Under the pieces are notes generated by a model. The model had not been told where the DNA came from, made no database searches, and saw only the letters and a program-made list of their open reading frames with translations. Below, piece after piece: positions 18,455 through 27,829 of a stretch of DNA of 49,648 bases. Origin of the DNA: a virus (taxonomy: Duplodnaviria; Caudoviricetes); IMG/VR virus record IMGVR_UViG_3300030606_000009, positions 1-49,648 of that record; one strand, written 5' to 3'. Position 1 is the stretch's first letter. Every line of letters begins with the position of its first letter. The position numbers and the translations under genes are program-made.

Positions 18455-20178
18455 GACAGAATGTCCATGATGGCCTCCACCGCCCGGCCGGTCGACCGGC
18501 CGTCCATCGGGCCACCGTACACGTGCCGGACTGCGCGGGCACGGTAGCCGCGCGCCTGCGGCGGGTCATCAAACGCCTCCCCTATGGCGTCCGGCAGGTC
18601 CTGCGGCCGGTCGCATTCGAGGCCGGGAACATGACTCCAAAACCGCAGCCCGTGATGCACGTCACGGCGATACCACGGGGCGTTGAGCGCGAGCACCGGG
18701 ATGCCCAAGGCCGCCGCCTCGTACATCACCGAGCTGTTGTCACAGGCGAGCAGCCCGACCCCACGCTCCAGCAGCACATCGAAATGCTGGATCGGCTCGA
18801 TCCCCAGCTTCTCGTACTGGGCCCGGTAGTAGCGCCACATGCGCGGATGCCCGTGCCCCAACGTCGGATAGCGTCCGGCCACGTCTGCGAGGACGTCGCA
18901 GTAGTGGCCCCATGCGGGGGTGCCTTCGGGGACCATCGGCATGTGCCAGTGCCATGCGAACGCCACATGGACGCCGCGCCGGTAGCCGACGTGCCGGTCC
19001 AGACGCGGCACTCCGCCCAGACTGTAGGCGGGGACGTCAGGCTGGGCCCGGCGGCAGGCTTGCACGTCGGCCGGTCCGGGACACAGGTTGGCAATGACAG
19101 CGTCACGGCCTGCCCCGCCCGTGTACGAGGCCGACGTGGCCGCCTGGGGTGCGGCCGGATCGCCAGAGTTGTGTGACGCGAACCCTTCGGCGAACAACGT
19201 TCCTGTGCCCGTCGATAGCGCTACGACCTCATGCTCCCCGATGAACTCCTTGCTACGAAGTTGGACGGGCTGGCCGCGCATTTGGCCGTTGTCGAGCGGG
19301 ACGAACCCATCCAACAATCGTCGTGGACGGATCGACCCGACGAATCGGAACACCTCGCTCACGCCACCGAGGACGTTGATGTACAGCACACCATCCGGCC
19401 GGGAACGGTTGACCGAGAACCTGAAATTCCTCTCGTTCAGCTGGCGGAGCACCTCTGCCAGCATCGCATTATCACGCTGCGTGAACGTGAGCATGCAGCG
19501 GTTCTGACGCTCGTCCCTGACCGTCTGGGTCAGTGACCCCTCACCGTCAAATGCTGCGGCCAGATATCCCGCGCCCCATGAGTAGTCAGTAGTCCAAGGT
19601 TGAAACGGCTTCAAGACCTTCGTGTTTCGAATGGGCCAAGTGTCGGCATCATGCATCGACTCGGTCGTGATCCAGTCGTAAGTCTGGTTGGTCCTGCGCA
19701 GCCACCGATGCTGCGCCGATGCGACAATCGTGGTGTCATCTGCAAACGTGAGCCGGTAGCAGGGCAGCGGGATACGGCGGGTGGACGTTGCGGTGGTCCA
19801 CTTCCATCCGCGCCACTGTCGAGGTGGGGCCCGTTCCTCTTCAAAGGCAGCAAGCGGATCACCGGCTTGGACCTGACCGATCGGAGTCCACCGGAGGTCG
19901 CCGGTGAGGACCCGAGTCTCTGGCGCCAGACAGTAGGTTTGTCCTGCCCCGTGGTTGAGCATGACCGCAGGTCGGCCGTCGCGGTGCAGGTCTGCGGCCG
20001 AGGCGACCAGCACCATGCCGGCGTCTCCGGGGCGTGGGGAGGGTTCGAGGCCGAGATTGCGGGCGTGTTCGACTTCGCGTCCGGCGAACAGGGTGCCGCG
20101 GACGTCGTCGGGGAGGGCCTTCCAGATGGGGGCGAGATGGTCGAGGTAGACCCGCTGGGTGGCCCGGCAGTCGATCAT
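18451..20178 (-). CDS. GT-B fold transferase (TagF/CDP-glycerol glycerophosphotransferase-like), intein-interrupted
   Basis: NHGAGQ, GHGHPR, DNSSVMYEAAALGIPV, YGGPMDGRSTGRAVEAI motifs. ATG 20178 overlaps the upstream stop. Confidence 0.75.
   Translation of the reverse strand: MIDCRATQRVYLDHLAPIWKALPDDVRGTLFAGREVEHARNLGLEPSPRPGDAGMVLVASAADLHRDGRPAVMLNHGAGQTYCLAPETRVLTGDLRWTPIGQVQAGDPLAAFEEERAPPRQWRGWKWTTATSTRRIPLPCYRLTFADDTTIVASAQHRWLRRTNQTYDWITTESMHDADTWPIRNTKVLKPFQPWTTDYSWGAGYLAAAFDGEGSLTQTVRDERQNRCMLTFTQRDNAMLAEVLRQLNERNFRFSVNRSRPDGVLYINVLGGVSEVFRFVGSIRPRRLLDGFVPLDNGQMRGQPVQLRSKEFIGEHEVVALSTGTGTLFAEGFASHNSGDPAAPQAATSASYTGGAGRDAVIANLCPGPADVQACRRAQPDVPAYSLGGVPRLDRHVGYRRGVHVAFAWHWHMPMVPEGTPAWGHYCDVLADVAGRYPTLGHGHPRMWRYYRAQYEKLGIEPIQHFDVLLERGVGLLACDNSSVMYEAAALGIPVLALNAPWYRRDVHHGLRFWSHVPGLECDRPQDLPDAIGEAFDDPPQARGYRARAVRHVYGGPMDGRSTGRAVEAIMDILS
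19168..19932 (-). mobile_element. Intein (255 aa) with LAGLIDADG homing endonuclease domain
   Basis: Starts CLAPETRVLT, block B ASAQHRW, YLAAAFDGEGSL, ends FASHN followed by Ser(+1). Visibly more AT-rich than the flanks. Confidence 0.93.
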
Positions 20179-21188
20179 GCCGTCAGGATCTGCCGGAACT
20201 CGGGTCCGAGCCGCCCCCACGAGACCCCCTCCGCATACCGGTCGGAGTGGGCGGACATGTCGGCCACCATCTGCGGGCTTGTCGACAGCAGGTCGAGGAT
20301 CGCTGCCAGGGCGCGGGGGTCGCCTTCGACCATCGGGACCGGCCCGACCATCCCACGAAACGACCGTCGCCGTCGGACCGGGATGCGTCCGGCCGGATGC
20401 AGCCAGGAGGTTTGCGGCTCGACGTCGGTGGCGACGACGGCGAGGCCGCAGGAGGCGGCCTCGTTGAACGCCAGCGACTGGCCTCCATACCGGCGGGGCA
20501 GAACCAGCACGTCGAAGCCGTCATACAGCCGCCAGTAGTCGGCCACGTCGGCCTGTTCCACGGCAAGGGTGACGTGACCGGGCGGACGCGGGTCGACCCC
20601 CAAGGAGCCCTGTGTGCGGATCGTCACGTCGACCGGCCGGCGGACCAGCGTGAGCGCTTTGAGGAGTGTTTGGGTGCCGGCACGGTCGTGCATGGCCGGC
20701 TGGCCGACCACATGCAGAAACCGGACCGGGTCGGTCAGCGGACGAGGCAGATGCTGGCAGCGGTCACGGTCGACCGGGAACGGAAACACCTTCGCTGAGA
20801 GCCGTTCGTTGAGCCACGACGTCGGGTTCAGGACGACGTCGGGGCGTGGCCAGCCGAGCCGGTCGAACCCGAAAAACTCCGGGTTGGCGTGCAGCACCGT
20901 CCGCACCCCCGCCGTCGCGGCGATCCGGCAGAACTGCTCGTGGTAGAACGTCTCGGCCGCCCACACCACATCCAGCCCGGTCAGGAACGCGGCGGCGGTC
21001 CGCTCGTCGAGCCCCCGCCTGCCCCCGACCGTCCCCCACAGGGTCGGCCAGCCCGACCAGTCCGGGGCCGGCGACTGCGGGTCTTCGATCCCGAGGATCC
21101 GGTCGGGCCGCATGTGGCGGGCAAACTCCAGCGTCTGGACGGCCAGGCCCCTTCTGTCTGCCCGTGCCCCCATGAGTCCGAGCCTCAC
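20175..21188 (-). CDS. Glycosyltransferase, GT4-like
   Basis: GARADRRGLAVQT, DVLVLPRRYGGQSLAFNEAASCGLAVVATD. Confidence 0.88.
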   Translation of the reverse strand: MRLGLMGARADRRGLAVQTLEFARHMRPDRILGIEDPQSPAPDWSGWPTLWGTVGGRRGLDERTAAAFLTGLDVVWAAETFYHEQFCRIAATAGVRTVLHANPEFFGFDRLGWPRPDVVLNPTSWLNERLSAKVFPFPVDRDRCQHLPRPLTDPVRFLHVVGQPAMHDRAGTQTLLKALTLVRRPVDVTIRTQGSLGVDPRPPGHVTLAVEQADVADYWRLYDGFDVLVLPRRYGGQSLAFNEAASCGLAVVATDVEPQTSWLHPAGRIPVRRRRSFRGMVGPVPMVEGDPRALAAILDLLSTSPQMVADMSAHSDRYAEGVSWGRLGPEFRQILTA

Positions 21189-22738
21189 GCCGAACGCACC
21201 GCATACGGGGCCGACGGGTCCGCAGGCCGGTAGCTCATCGGCCATTTCGGGTCGTCGCCTCGCCCGTCGGTGTGCCCGGACCGTTTGATCGACCCTGACG
21301 GGTGGTAGATCGCCAGCCGGAACCGTCCCCAGCCTTCATGTTCGGCCGCCGTGGCGACCACCGAATGCATCACGTCCTCGATCATCGTCCGTGACCGGCC
21401 GTCGAAGTAGGGCAGGACCGTCTGCCGGTAGAAACCGGTCGGCGCCAGATGCGGCCGTTGGGACCACTGCACGGTGCGCAGCAGCGGCACCCCCGCCATC
21501 GTGACGGGCTCTCCGACCATCAGATGCCGATGCCCCGAATAGATCTCGGTGTCCGGATGCAACCGTACGACGTCGACCAGCCCGGCCCTGACCGGCTTTG
21601 CGAGCTCGTCGAGGTCGACGTGTCCTTCCAGCGGCGTGTCATGCTCGACGAACAGCATCAGGTCGGTACGGACCTGGCTGATGACGGCGGCGAGCCCGCA
21701 CGCCTGATGCAGCCAGCGGTCCAGCGTGACGACGGTCACGGTCCGCCTCGACTGTTGGCAGGCTTCCGACAGGGCCCGCAGATACCGCCGGTAGCCGGCC
21801 CGCCGGCCGGCCTGCTCGGGCCTGACCCCGTCCGCATACACGAGGATCTCGCAGCCCGGCACACGTTCGAGTACCGAATCGATCGTGTCCAGGGTCCGGG
21901 TCGGGTCCGGGTCGGTTGCGGTCGGGGAGGTGGGGATGACGGCGGTCACACCGACGTCAGACGGGTTGAGCCGCCAGGCCAGGTCACGTCTGGTGCGTGC
22001 CCACCAGGATTGGGCGTCGACGGCCAGCCGGTCGGCCTGCGCGGCCAGCGGCCCGGCCATCGCCGGCAGGTCGGACCATGCGTCGACGGCGAACACGTCG
22101 GGGACTTCGCCCCACGTGCCGGTCCAGTAGTGGTGGTTGGGCTGGTCGAGGATCGGGACGGCGCCGGCCTCGATGGCCTCATACAGCCGGAACGTGTCGG
22201 GCAGGACCGGGCCGGACGGGCAGGCGACCAGCTGCGAGCGGGACAGCAGCGCCGCATACTGGTCCGGTGGCAGCCCTTGGGTGAACCCTGCCGAAGCCTC
22301 GACGACCCCGCCTGCATCCTGGACGGCCTGTACGCACTGGTGGCGGGCCGGGTGGGTGTCCTGCCCGGCAAACGACACGGCCACGTCACGTTCGACCGGA
22401 CCGTTCAGGTGGTCGCGTATCCACGGGGTGGGGCCGTTGCCCAGCCCCCGCACATACTGGACTATCGCGCCGTCGGGCAGCCGGCCGGCGTCGAGGCGCC
22501 GTTCCTCGTCGGATGTGACCACGATCTGCCGTCCGCCGGCCAGCCCGGCCAGCAGGTCCTCCCGGCCTGCCCACGCCCTGCCGGGCGCGACGATCACAGC
22601 GTCCCCGTCGGGCAGGTCGTGGCGATGTTTGACGTCGGGGCCGAACGCCCGGTCGGCAGCCTCCTCGACCACCTGCTGGTCCCACATGCCGCGGGCCGGT
22701 TCCTCCGAACCGTCGGGGACCAGCCATACGACGTCCAT
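21185..22738 (-). CDS. Bifunctional glycosyltransferase: exostosin/GT47-like domain plus GT2-like (GT-A) domain
   Basis: SFAGQ...YAALLSRSQLVACPSG...DTFRLYEAIEAGAVPIL (GT47-like). TAVIPTS...EILVYADG...FVEHD (GT-A). Confidence 0.8.
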   Translation of the reverse strand: MDVVWLVPDGSEEPARGMWDQQVVEEAADRAFGPDVKHRHDLPDGDAVIVAPGRAWAGREDLLAGLAGGRQIVVTSDEERRLDAGRLPDGAIVQYVRGLGNGPTPWIRDHLNGPVERDVAVSFAGQDTHPARHQCVQAVQDAGGVVEASAGFTQGLPPDQYAALLSRSQLVACPSGPVLPDTFRLYEAIEAGAVPILDQPNHHYWTGTWGEVPDVFAVDAWSDLPAMAGPLAAQADRLAVDAQSWWARTRRDLAWRLNPSDVGVTAVIPTSPTATDPDPTRTLDTIDSVLERVPGCEILVYADGVRPEQAGRRAGYRRYLRALSEACQQSRRTVTVVTLDRWLHQACGLAAVISQVRTDLMLFVEHDTPLEGHVDLDELAKPVRAGLVDVVRLHPDTEIYSGHRHLMVGEPVTMAGVPLLRTVQWSQRPHLAPTGFYRQTVLPYFDGRSRTMIEDVMHSVVATAAEHEGWGRFRLAIYHPSGSIKRSGHTDGRGDDPKWPMSYRPADPSAPYAVRSA

Positions 22739-23412
22739 CAGGCCGCCTTCGGGCTGCCGGGCATCCAGCCTCCCAGCCCGTCGGGTTGCGGGTCGGGCCA
22801 GTAGTCGAGCGGAAACCGGCCCCACGGCCGCGTGAACGTCTCTTTGGATGGGGGGCCACCATGCTTGGCCGTGAAGTAGTCGAGCAGCCGGTCCGGGTTC
22901 GGGCGCTGATGGGACGGACGGGCGTTGAGGACCAGCCGAAGCCCATGGGCCGGCCCCGCATCGGACGCCGCCACCTCCACCTTCGGCCACCAGGGGGGGT
23001 CGATCCCGAACCCGCAGTGGACCCGACGGGCAAGGTCGTTGTCTTCCCAGTAGGCGGGCCAGAAGTTCTCGTCAAACCTGCCGACCTTCACGAACACCTC
23101 GCGGCGGAACCCGATGCAGTGCCAGCCATACTGGGACTCGACGGCGATCACGTTGTCGGGCTGCCTGTCCAGCAGCGCCGCGAACCCCGACGCCCCCTTG
23201 GGTGCGAACCGGACGGCGGCCGACAGCAGGACCAGCCAGCCGTGATGTTCGGTCAGGACCCGGTCGACCCCGACGTTCCAGGAGGCTGCCACCCCACGGT
23301 TGCCGTCAGGGTCGGTGTTGTCGACCACCTGCACCTCCACGTCGGTGAGGCCTTTGAGGCTGCGGCGTGTCGACGGCCCGTGGATCGACGGCAGCACGAA
23401 CAGGCTGCTCAC
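22738..23412 (-). CDS. Glycosyltransferase, GT2 family
   Basis: VVDN, NRGVAASWNVG, VGRFDENFWPAYWEDND. Confidence 0.9.
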   Translation of the reverse strand: MSSLFVLPSIHGPSTRRSLKGLTDVEVQVVDNTDPDGNRGVAASWNVGVDRVLTEHHGWLVLLSAAVRFAPKGASGFAALLDRQPDNVIAVESQYGWHCIGFRREVFVKVGRFDENFWPAYWEDNDLARRVHCGFGIDPPWWPKVEVAASDAGPAHGLRLVLNARPSHQRPNPDRLLDYFTAKHGGPPSKETFTRPWGRFPLDYWPDPQPDGLGGWMPGSPKAA

Positions 23413-24218
23413 ACCGGCTGCCACCAGACGTGCCGTTCGTGGTCGTCCGCCAGCAGATGCGGCCGGTAGCCCAGCCCGGCCATGAACCCGGCCAGCTGCT
23501 CGACGGTGTGCCCGTACCCGTCGGCCATGAACGTCTCGTGGACCGAGCAGACCACCTGCGGGCGTGCCTCCGCCAGCAGCCCGGATGCTCCGGCGAGCAC
23601 TTCGTATTCGGCGCCTTCGACGTCGATGGTGATGACGTCAGGTGTCAGCCCGTGTTCGACGGCGAGCGTGTCGAGCCGTGCCCGCGGCCCCACGTCGGCC
23701 CCCATCTCCGACAGATGCCGGAACCCCGCGTCGGGGCGCAGGACGTCGTAGGCGCAGGCGGGCCATGCCGGCGACGGGGTCGCGTCGAAATCCGGGTGGC
23801 CTTCCCAGTCGTCGGCGGCAGCGAATCCGACGAAACAGCCTGCCGGAGTCAGGTTGTTGCCGGCGAAGACGAGCCGGATCACCGGCCATGCGGCAGGGCT
23901 GGGTTCGATCAGCAGCACTCTGGCGCCCCACGAGGCCCACAGGGCCGGCATGTCGCCCTGCTCGGCCCCCACGTCGAAGATGACCGGGTCGCCGATGTCG
24001 CGGATCAGCTCGAAGATCTTGCCGATGTGTTCGGCCTCCCAGACGGGCCATTCGCGGCGGTAGCCGCGCCATGACGGCAGGTTGAGTGTCCATCGCCGGT
24101 TGATGACGGTGGGGACCCATCGCCAGTCGTGGTGGAAGGCGGGGCAGGCGCATTCGGCGCATGCGCCGGGATGCTGGGATTGCAGGTGGTTGCAGCCGCA
24201 CAGCGGTTCGTCAGCCAT
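23409..24218 (-). CDS. FkbM-family SAM-dependent methyltransferase
   Basis: IFDVGAEQG, LIEPSP, ITIDVEGAEYEVLAG. N-terminal Cys/His cluster. Confidence 0.9.
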   Translation of the reverse strand: MADEPLCGCNHLQSQHPGACAECACPAFHHDWRWVPTVINRRWTLNLPSWRGYRREWPVWEAEHIGKIFELIRDIGDPVIFDVGAEQGDMPALWASWGARVLLIEPSPAAWPVIRLVFAGNNLTPAGCFVGFAAADDWEGHPDFDATPSPAWPACAYDVLRPDAGFRHLSEMGADVGPRARLDTLAVEHGLTPDVITIDVEGAEYEVLAGASGLLAEARPQVVCSVHETFMADGYGHTVEQLAGFMAGLGYRPHLLADDHERHVWWQPV

Positions 24219-24825
24219 CGTGATATCCGAACATCCTCGCGGCCAACGTGCGCGCCTCGTCGGCGACGTCGTCGGGGACATCATCCCAGCTGACTGGGAC
24301 GTCTCGGGGTCCTGCCCCGACCGGCGGGACGGGCAGCATCGCCAGCCGCGGGACGAGGTCGCAGGCGGCCACCAGCCCTGCGGGGGTGACGTCTTCGAGC
24401 CGGAGGATCACGTCGGCATGTTTGGCAGCCATGCTGTTCCAGACGGTCCAGAATCTCACCGCCGCCTCAGCCTCCGAGGTCGCAGCCATCACGTCGGGAT
24501 GGTGGGCGTGCAGGTGGGTGGTCAGCCCGGCAGGGGCCGAGCCGGCAAGCAGCGGGCCGGACGAACACAACGACGTCGCGAAGCCCAGAGGGTGACGGAC
24601 CAGCAGCACCCTGCGGACCTGCGTCAGCCCCAGCAGGTACGGGACCGCAGCGAGCGTGCAGTCCACGTCCAGCACTTCGGCCCAACGGTGGTCCGGCGGG
24701 CTGTCGTCTGCGAGCATCCCGGTGGTGTAGGCCTGTTCGTGGCCGGCCCGGTAGCCGGCCACCCGCAGCACCACCGCAGCCCACTTCGACCCGCTCCTGC
24801 CGCTCCCGACCACGACCGCTCTCAC
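24211..24825 (-). CDS. Sulfotransferase-like P-loop protein
   Basis: VVVGSGRSGSKW (5'-PSB-like), GHE, LLVRHP...S (3'-PB-like), LRLED. Confidence 0.7.
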   Translation of the reverse strand: MRAVVVGSGRSGSKWAAVVLRVAGYRAGHEQAYTTGMLADDSPPDHRWAEVLDVDCTLAAVPYLLGLTQVRRVLLVRHPLGFATSLCSSGPLLAGSAPAGLTTHLHAHHPDVMAATSEAEAAVRFWTVWNSMAAKHADVILRLEDVTPAGLVAACDLVPRLAMLPVPPVGAGPRDVPVSWDDVPDDVADEARTLAARMFGYHDG

Positions 24826-25793
24826 ACCCATCCTTTCGCCCGCAGCTGTGCGGTGATGGAACGGACCCGGTTGCGGTAGGTGTGGTGGGCAGCCACGTGC
24901 CTGCGGCCTTCGGTGGCGACCTGCCGTGCCTCGTCGGGATGGTCCAGGTAGTGGCCGATCAGGCCGTCCAACTGGTCCCAGTCGCCGAGCTTCCAGCAGG
25001 CGAGATGTTCCCCGTCGGTATACAGGGTCCCGTCGGTGACCCCGTCCACGTGCGGATGGATCAGCAGCCCGCCCCGCCCCAGCGTCTCGGGGATCCGGTC
25101 GGAGATGTAGCGGGTCATGGGCTGGCCGTCGACGCCCGGGACCAGGCAGGAATCTCCGACGGACACCTTGACGGTGGCGTAGAGGGTCCGCAGGTCGTCG
25201 CCGCGGACCGCAGGGCGGCCACGGTCGGGGAACATGCGTGCGTCCCAGACGTGCCGCAGATGGGAGACGAGTTCGGGCCGGTGCGACCATTCGGGGTGGT
25301 AGCCGCCTGTCCAGCTGCCGACGAACGCCACCCCAGCCCCGAACCGGCCTTCGTCGGGGTGGGCGGGTTGGAGGTTGCGGTGGCCGGTGGCGGGGGGCCA
25401 CCAGACGTGGTTGACGCCGACCTGTTCCCACTGGCGGGTGTGGTGGCCGTCGGCGGTGAACACCAGGGCGCACCGGAAGAACGGTTCGGTGAAGATCAGG
25501 GGCTGCCGTGCGAGGCCCCACCAGCGGTCAAGATGGCAGGCGACCGTGGGCATGTCGGCGCCGATGGTGGCGAGCATCCGTGCCCGGTCGTCGACGGTGC
25601 CGGCACGTTCGGCAAGCGACTGGGTCTGGGTCCACAGGAACACGTCTGCGCCGGCCGCCAACCCGGGCACGTCGCCGGCAGGGGTGCCTTCCTGGATGGC
25701 CGTGACCGTGTGGCCTTCGGCCTCCGCCGCCGCCCGGACCTCGTTCTCGGTCGAATGCGCAGGCTCATGGTTGCCCAGATATGCGAACCTCAC
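24822..25793 (-). CDS. Glycosyltransferase, CgeB/Glyco_trans_1_2-like
   Basis: VAFVGS, YISDRIPETLGRGGLLIHP, YLDHPDEARQVATEGRRHVAAHHTYRNRV. Confidence 0.88.
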   Translation of the reverse strand: MRFAYLGNHEPAHSTENEVRAAAEAEGHTVTAIQEGTPAGDVPGLAAGADVFLWTQTQSLAERAGTVDDRARMLATIGADMPTVACHLDRWWGLARQPLIFTEPFFRCALVFTADGHHTRQWEQVGVNHVWWPPATGHRNLQPAHPDEGRFGAGVAFVGSWTGGYHPEWSHRPELVSHLRHVWDARMFPDRGRPAVRGDDLRTLYATVKVSVGDSCLVPGVDGQPMTRYISDRIPETLGRGGLLIHPHVDGVTDGTLYTDGEHLACWKLGDWDQLDGLIGHYLDHPDEARQVATEGRRHVAAHHTYRNRVRSITAQLRAKGWV

Positions 25794-26008
25794 GATGGCG
25801 GTCCGGTCAGGTCGGTCGCGCCGGGGATGCTGTGCCACATGATGGGCTCGACGGAGTCCATGTCGGCCGTCGTGACGGTGAGGGTCTGCCACGGCTGGCA
25901 GTCGGCCGGACCGCACCGTTTGGCCGGACGGACCCTGTATCCCAAGGCGTCAAGGGCCGTGGCGAGCCGGTAGATCAGGTCCGACAGGGCCGTCCGCAGC
26001 CGTCTCAT
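25790..26008 (-). CDS. Hypothetical protein
   Basis: Stop overlaps the GT start (GTGA). Confidence 0.45.
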   Translation of the reverse strand: MRRLRTALSDLIYRLATALDALGYRVRPAKRCGPADCQPWQTLTVTTADMDSVEPIMWHSIPGATDLTGPPS

Positions 26009-26225
26009 TGCCGCCATTCTGCGGCATGGTGTCTGCCCCGGCCGCAATGCCGAGCACAGACAGGAGTGCCGCCCCGCAAGCATAGACGGTCGCGGCCGGC
26101 CACAGAAGGACCGTCACCCCGACGGTGACGCTGCGGCCCTGCCACGTTTCGGGCAGCCGCAGCAGACGGCGGACCGCCAGCACGCCGGCTGTCAGGTACA
26201 GCACTGCGGCGGCCAGCTCAGTCAT
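25950..26225 (-). CDS. Small membrane protein
   Basis: Two hydrophobic segments. Confidence 0.5.
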   Translation of the reverse strand: MTELAAAVLYLTAGVLAVRRLLRLPETWQGRSVTVGVTVLLWPAATVYACGAALLSVLGIAAGADTMPQNGGNETAADGPVGPDLPARHGP

Positions 26226-26601
26226 CGAAGATGATGTTGGTGATCTTCTTGATGATCGTGGTGCCGCCGCCGTCCCGGTGACCGATCGCCGACGCCAGAT
26301 ATTTGACGTCGTCGCCCTGCCCTGTCGGCAACGTGACCGTGACGGTCCCGGTCGAGCTGTTGTCGGGGTCGCCGATGGCCGATATCCACCACAGGCGGAG
26401 CGCCTGTCCGGCGGCAGGCGTCACGGTCAGCGGGGCCGCAGACGTCAACGTCGCCGTCTGGGCCATCAGCGCCACCGAAGCCGGGTCGTTGCCGACCTCG
26501 ACCGACAGGCGTCGGTCGTCGGTGACGGCGACGTCCCGCCAGAGCGGGATCCCGTGGATGTCGTCGGCAACCCCAGAGTGTCCGCGGATCTGGACGCTCA
26601 T
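26218..26601 (-). CDS. Hypothetical beta-rich protein
   Basis: ATGA overlap with the sigma factor stop. Confidence 0.6.
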   Translation of the reverse strand: MSVQIRGHSGVADDIHGIPLWRDVAVTDDRRLSVEVGNDPASVALMAQTATLTSAAPLTVTPAAGQALRLWWISAIGDPDNSSTGTVTVTLPTGQGDDVKYLASAIGHRDGGGTTIIKKITNIIFDD

Positions 26602-27095
26602 GCCGACTCCTGGATGCGTGCGTTGTGCAGCGCCCAGCAGGTGGCATTGTAGACCTGCTGGTTGCTGTCGAACCCGAACCGGACACGGATCTCCTCGGTG
26701 GACCAGCCCCACAGGAACCGTGCGGCCAGGATCCTGCGGTCACGCGGCCCGAGCCTGCGCAGGATCGTCACGGCCAGATCGAAGTTGACCACCCGGTCCT
26801 CGAACGGCTGCGTGTCCTCAGCGACCTGTCCGGGGAGTTCTTCGAGGATGGGCCGGAAGGTGTGCGGGTCACGGCCGATCTTGGCCCGCATCTCGTCGAA
26901 GATCTGGCCTTCCATCTTCTTGCGTGCCCACGACCGCAGCGTCCGGCCCTTGCCGTCCTGGTGTGTGCTGATCGCTTTGGCCAGCCCGTACATGGCGGCG
27001 GCTCGGGTTTCGTCCCAGTCCAGCCAGCGGTGTACGCGCGGCCACATCCGGGCTGCGGACAGCTGAACGTCGGTCATCATCTGTTCGGCGTTCAT
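26598..27095 (-). CDS. Sigma-70-family RNA polymerase sigma factor (regions 2 and 4)
   Basis: AAMYGLAKAISTHQDGKGRTLRSWARKKMEGQIFDEMR (region 2). LRRLGPRDRRILAARFLWGWSTEEIRVRFG (region 4 HTH). Confidence 0.8.
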   Translation of the reverse strand: MNAEQMMTDVQLSAARMWPRVHRWLDWDETRAAAMYGLAKAISTHQDGKGRTLRSWARKKMEGQIFDEMRAKIGRDPHTFRPILEELPGQVAEDTQPFEDRVVNFDLAVTILRRLGPRDRRILAARFLWGWSTEEIRVRFGFDSNQQVYNATCWALHNARIQESA

Positions 27096-27829
27096 GCGGA
27101 CGCCAGAAAGTCGATCAATGTGTCCGGGTCGATCCCGTCGAACGTCGTGTTGCCGTGCCCGCCACCGTCGACCTCGTGCAGGTCGGTTGTTGCTGCGTGG
27201 GCTGCGGCCAGCGCCTCCACCGTCGAGGCGATGACGGTGGTGTCGGCCGAGCCGTACCACGCCTGCCACGGCACCGTCACGCCGGGTGCCAGCACGAGCG
27301 GGTTGAACGCAGCACCGTTGGTCGTGTAGTCGCCGGCGAACGCCGCATCGAGGCTCGCGGCATTTCCGCCCCGGTCGTTGTCATAGACATCGTCGCTGTC
27401 GGACAGCGGGATCAGCCCGCAGATCGCCTCGAGGTCACCGTGGTCGTCCTGCAACCGGAACAGGGCGCCGTTGCCCATCGACACGCCCAGCCCGACCGCA
27501 GAGGTCGTCCCGAACGTCGTCGCGGACCAGCCGACTGCGGCATGGAGGGCGCCGACTGCCGTGGCGTTCATCCACTGTTCGGTGCCGCCGCCATCAGGGG
27601 TGATGACCACCATCCCGGCGTTGGCGATCCGCTCGAACAGCCGGACCAGCGGAGGGAACAGGGTGTAGGCGTCCCCGATCGACGCTGCCGTGCCGCCGAT
27701 CCCGTGGCCGACCAGCACGAGCCGGCCGCCGGACCGCCACGTGCGGGCAAGAAGACGGTAATGCGCCTCGGACGGGCTGTAGCCGCCGGTCTCCAGCCGT
27801 GAACGGACCATGACGCGCTGCGGCATCAC
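27092..27829 (-). CDS. Alpha/beta-hydrolase (esterase)
   Basis: GHG oxyanion motif, GVSMG nucleophile elbow, GSADTTV, GGGH triad. Confidence 0.85.
   Translation of the reverse strand: MMPQRVMVRSRLETGGYSPSEAHYRLLARTWRSGGRLVLVGHGIGGTAASIGDAYTLFPPLVRLFERIANAGMVVITPDGGGTEQWMNATAVGALHAAVGWSATTFGTTSAVGLGVSMGNGALFRLQDDHGDLEAICGLIPLSDSDDVYDNDRGGNAASLDAAFAGDYTTNGAAFNPLVLAPGVTVPWQAWYGSADTTVIASTVEALAAAHAATTDLHEVDGGGHGNTTFDGIDPDTLIDFLASA

Noticed and set aside
27092-27829. Lysin B
   Set aside because: It lies far from the lysis cassette and lacks a recognisable LysB architecture, so it is kept as a generic esterase.
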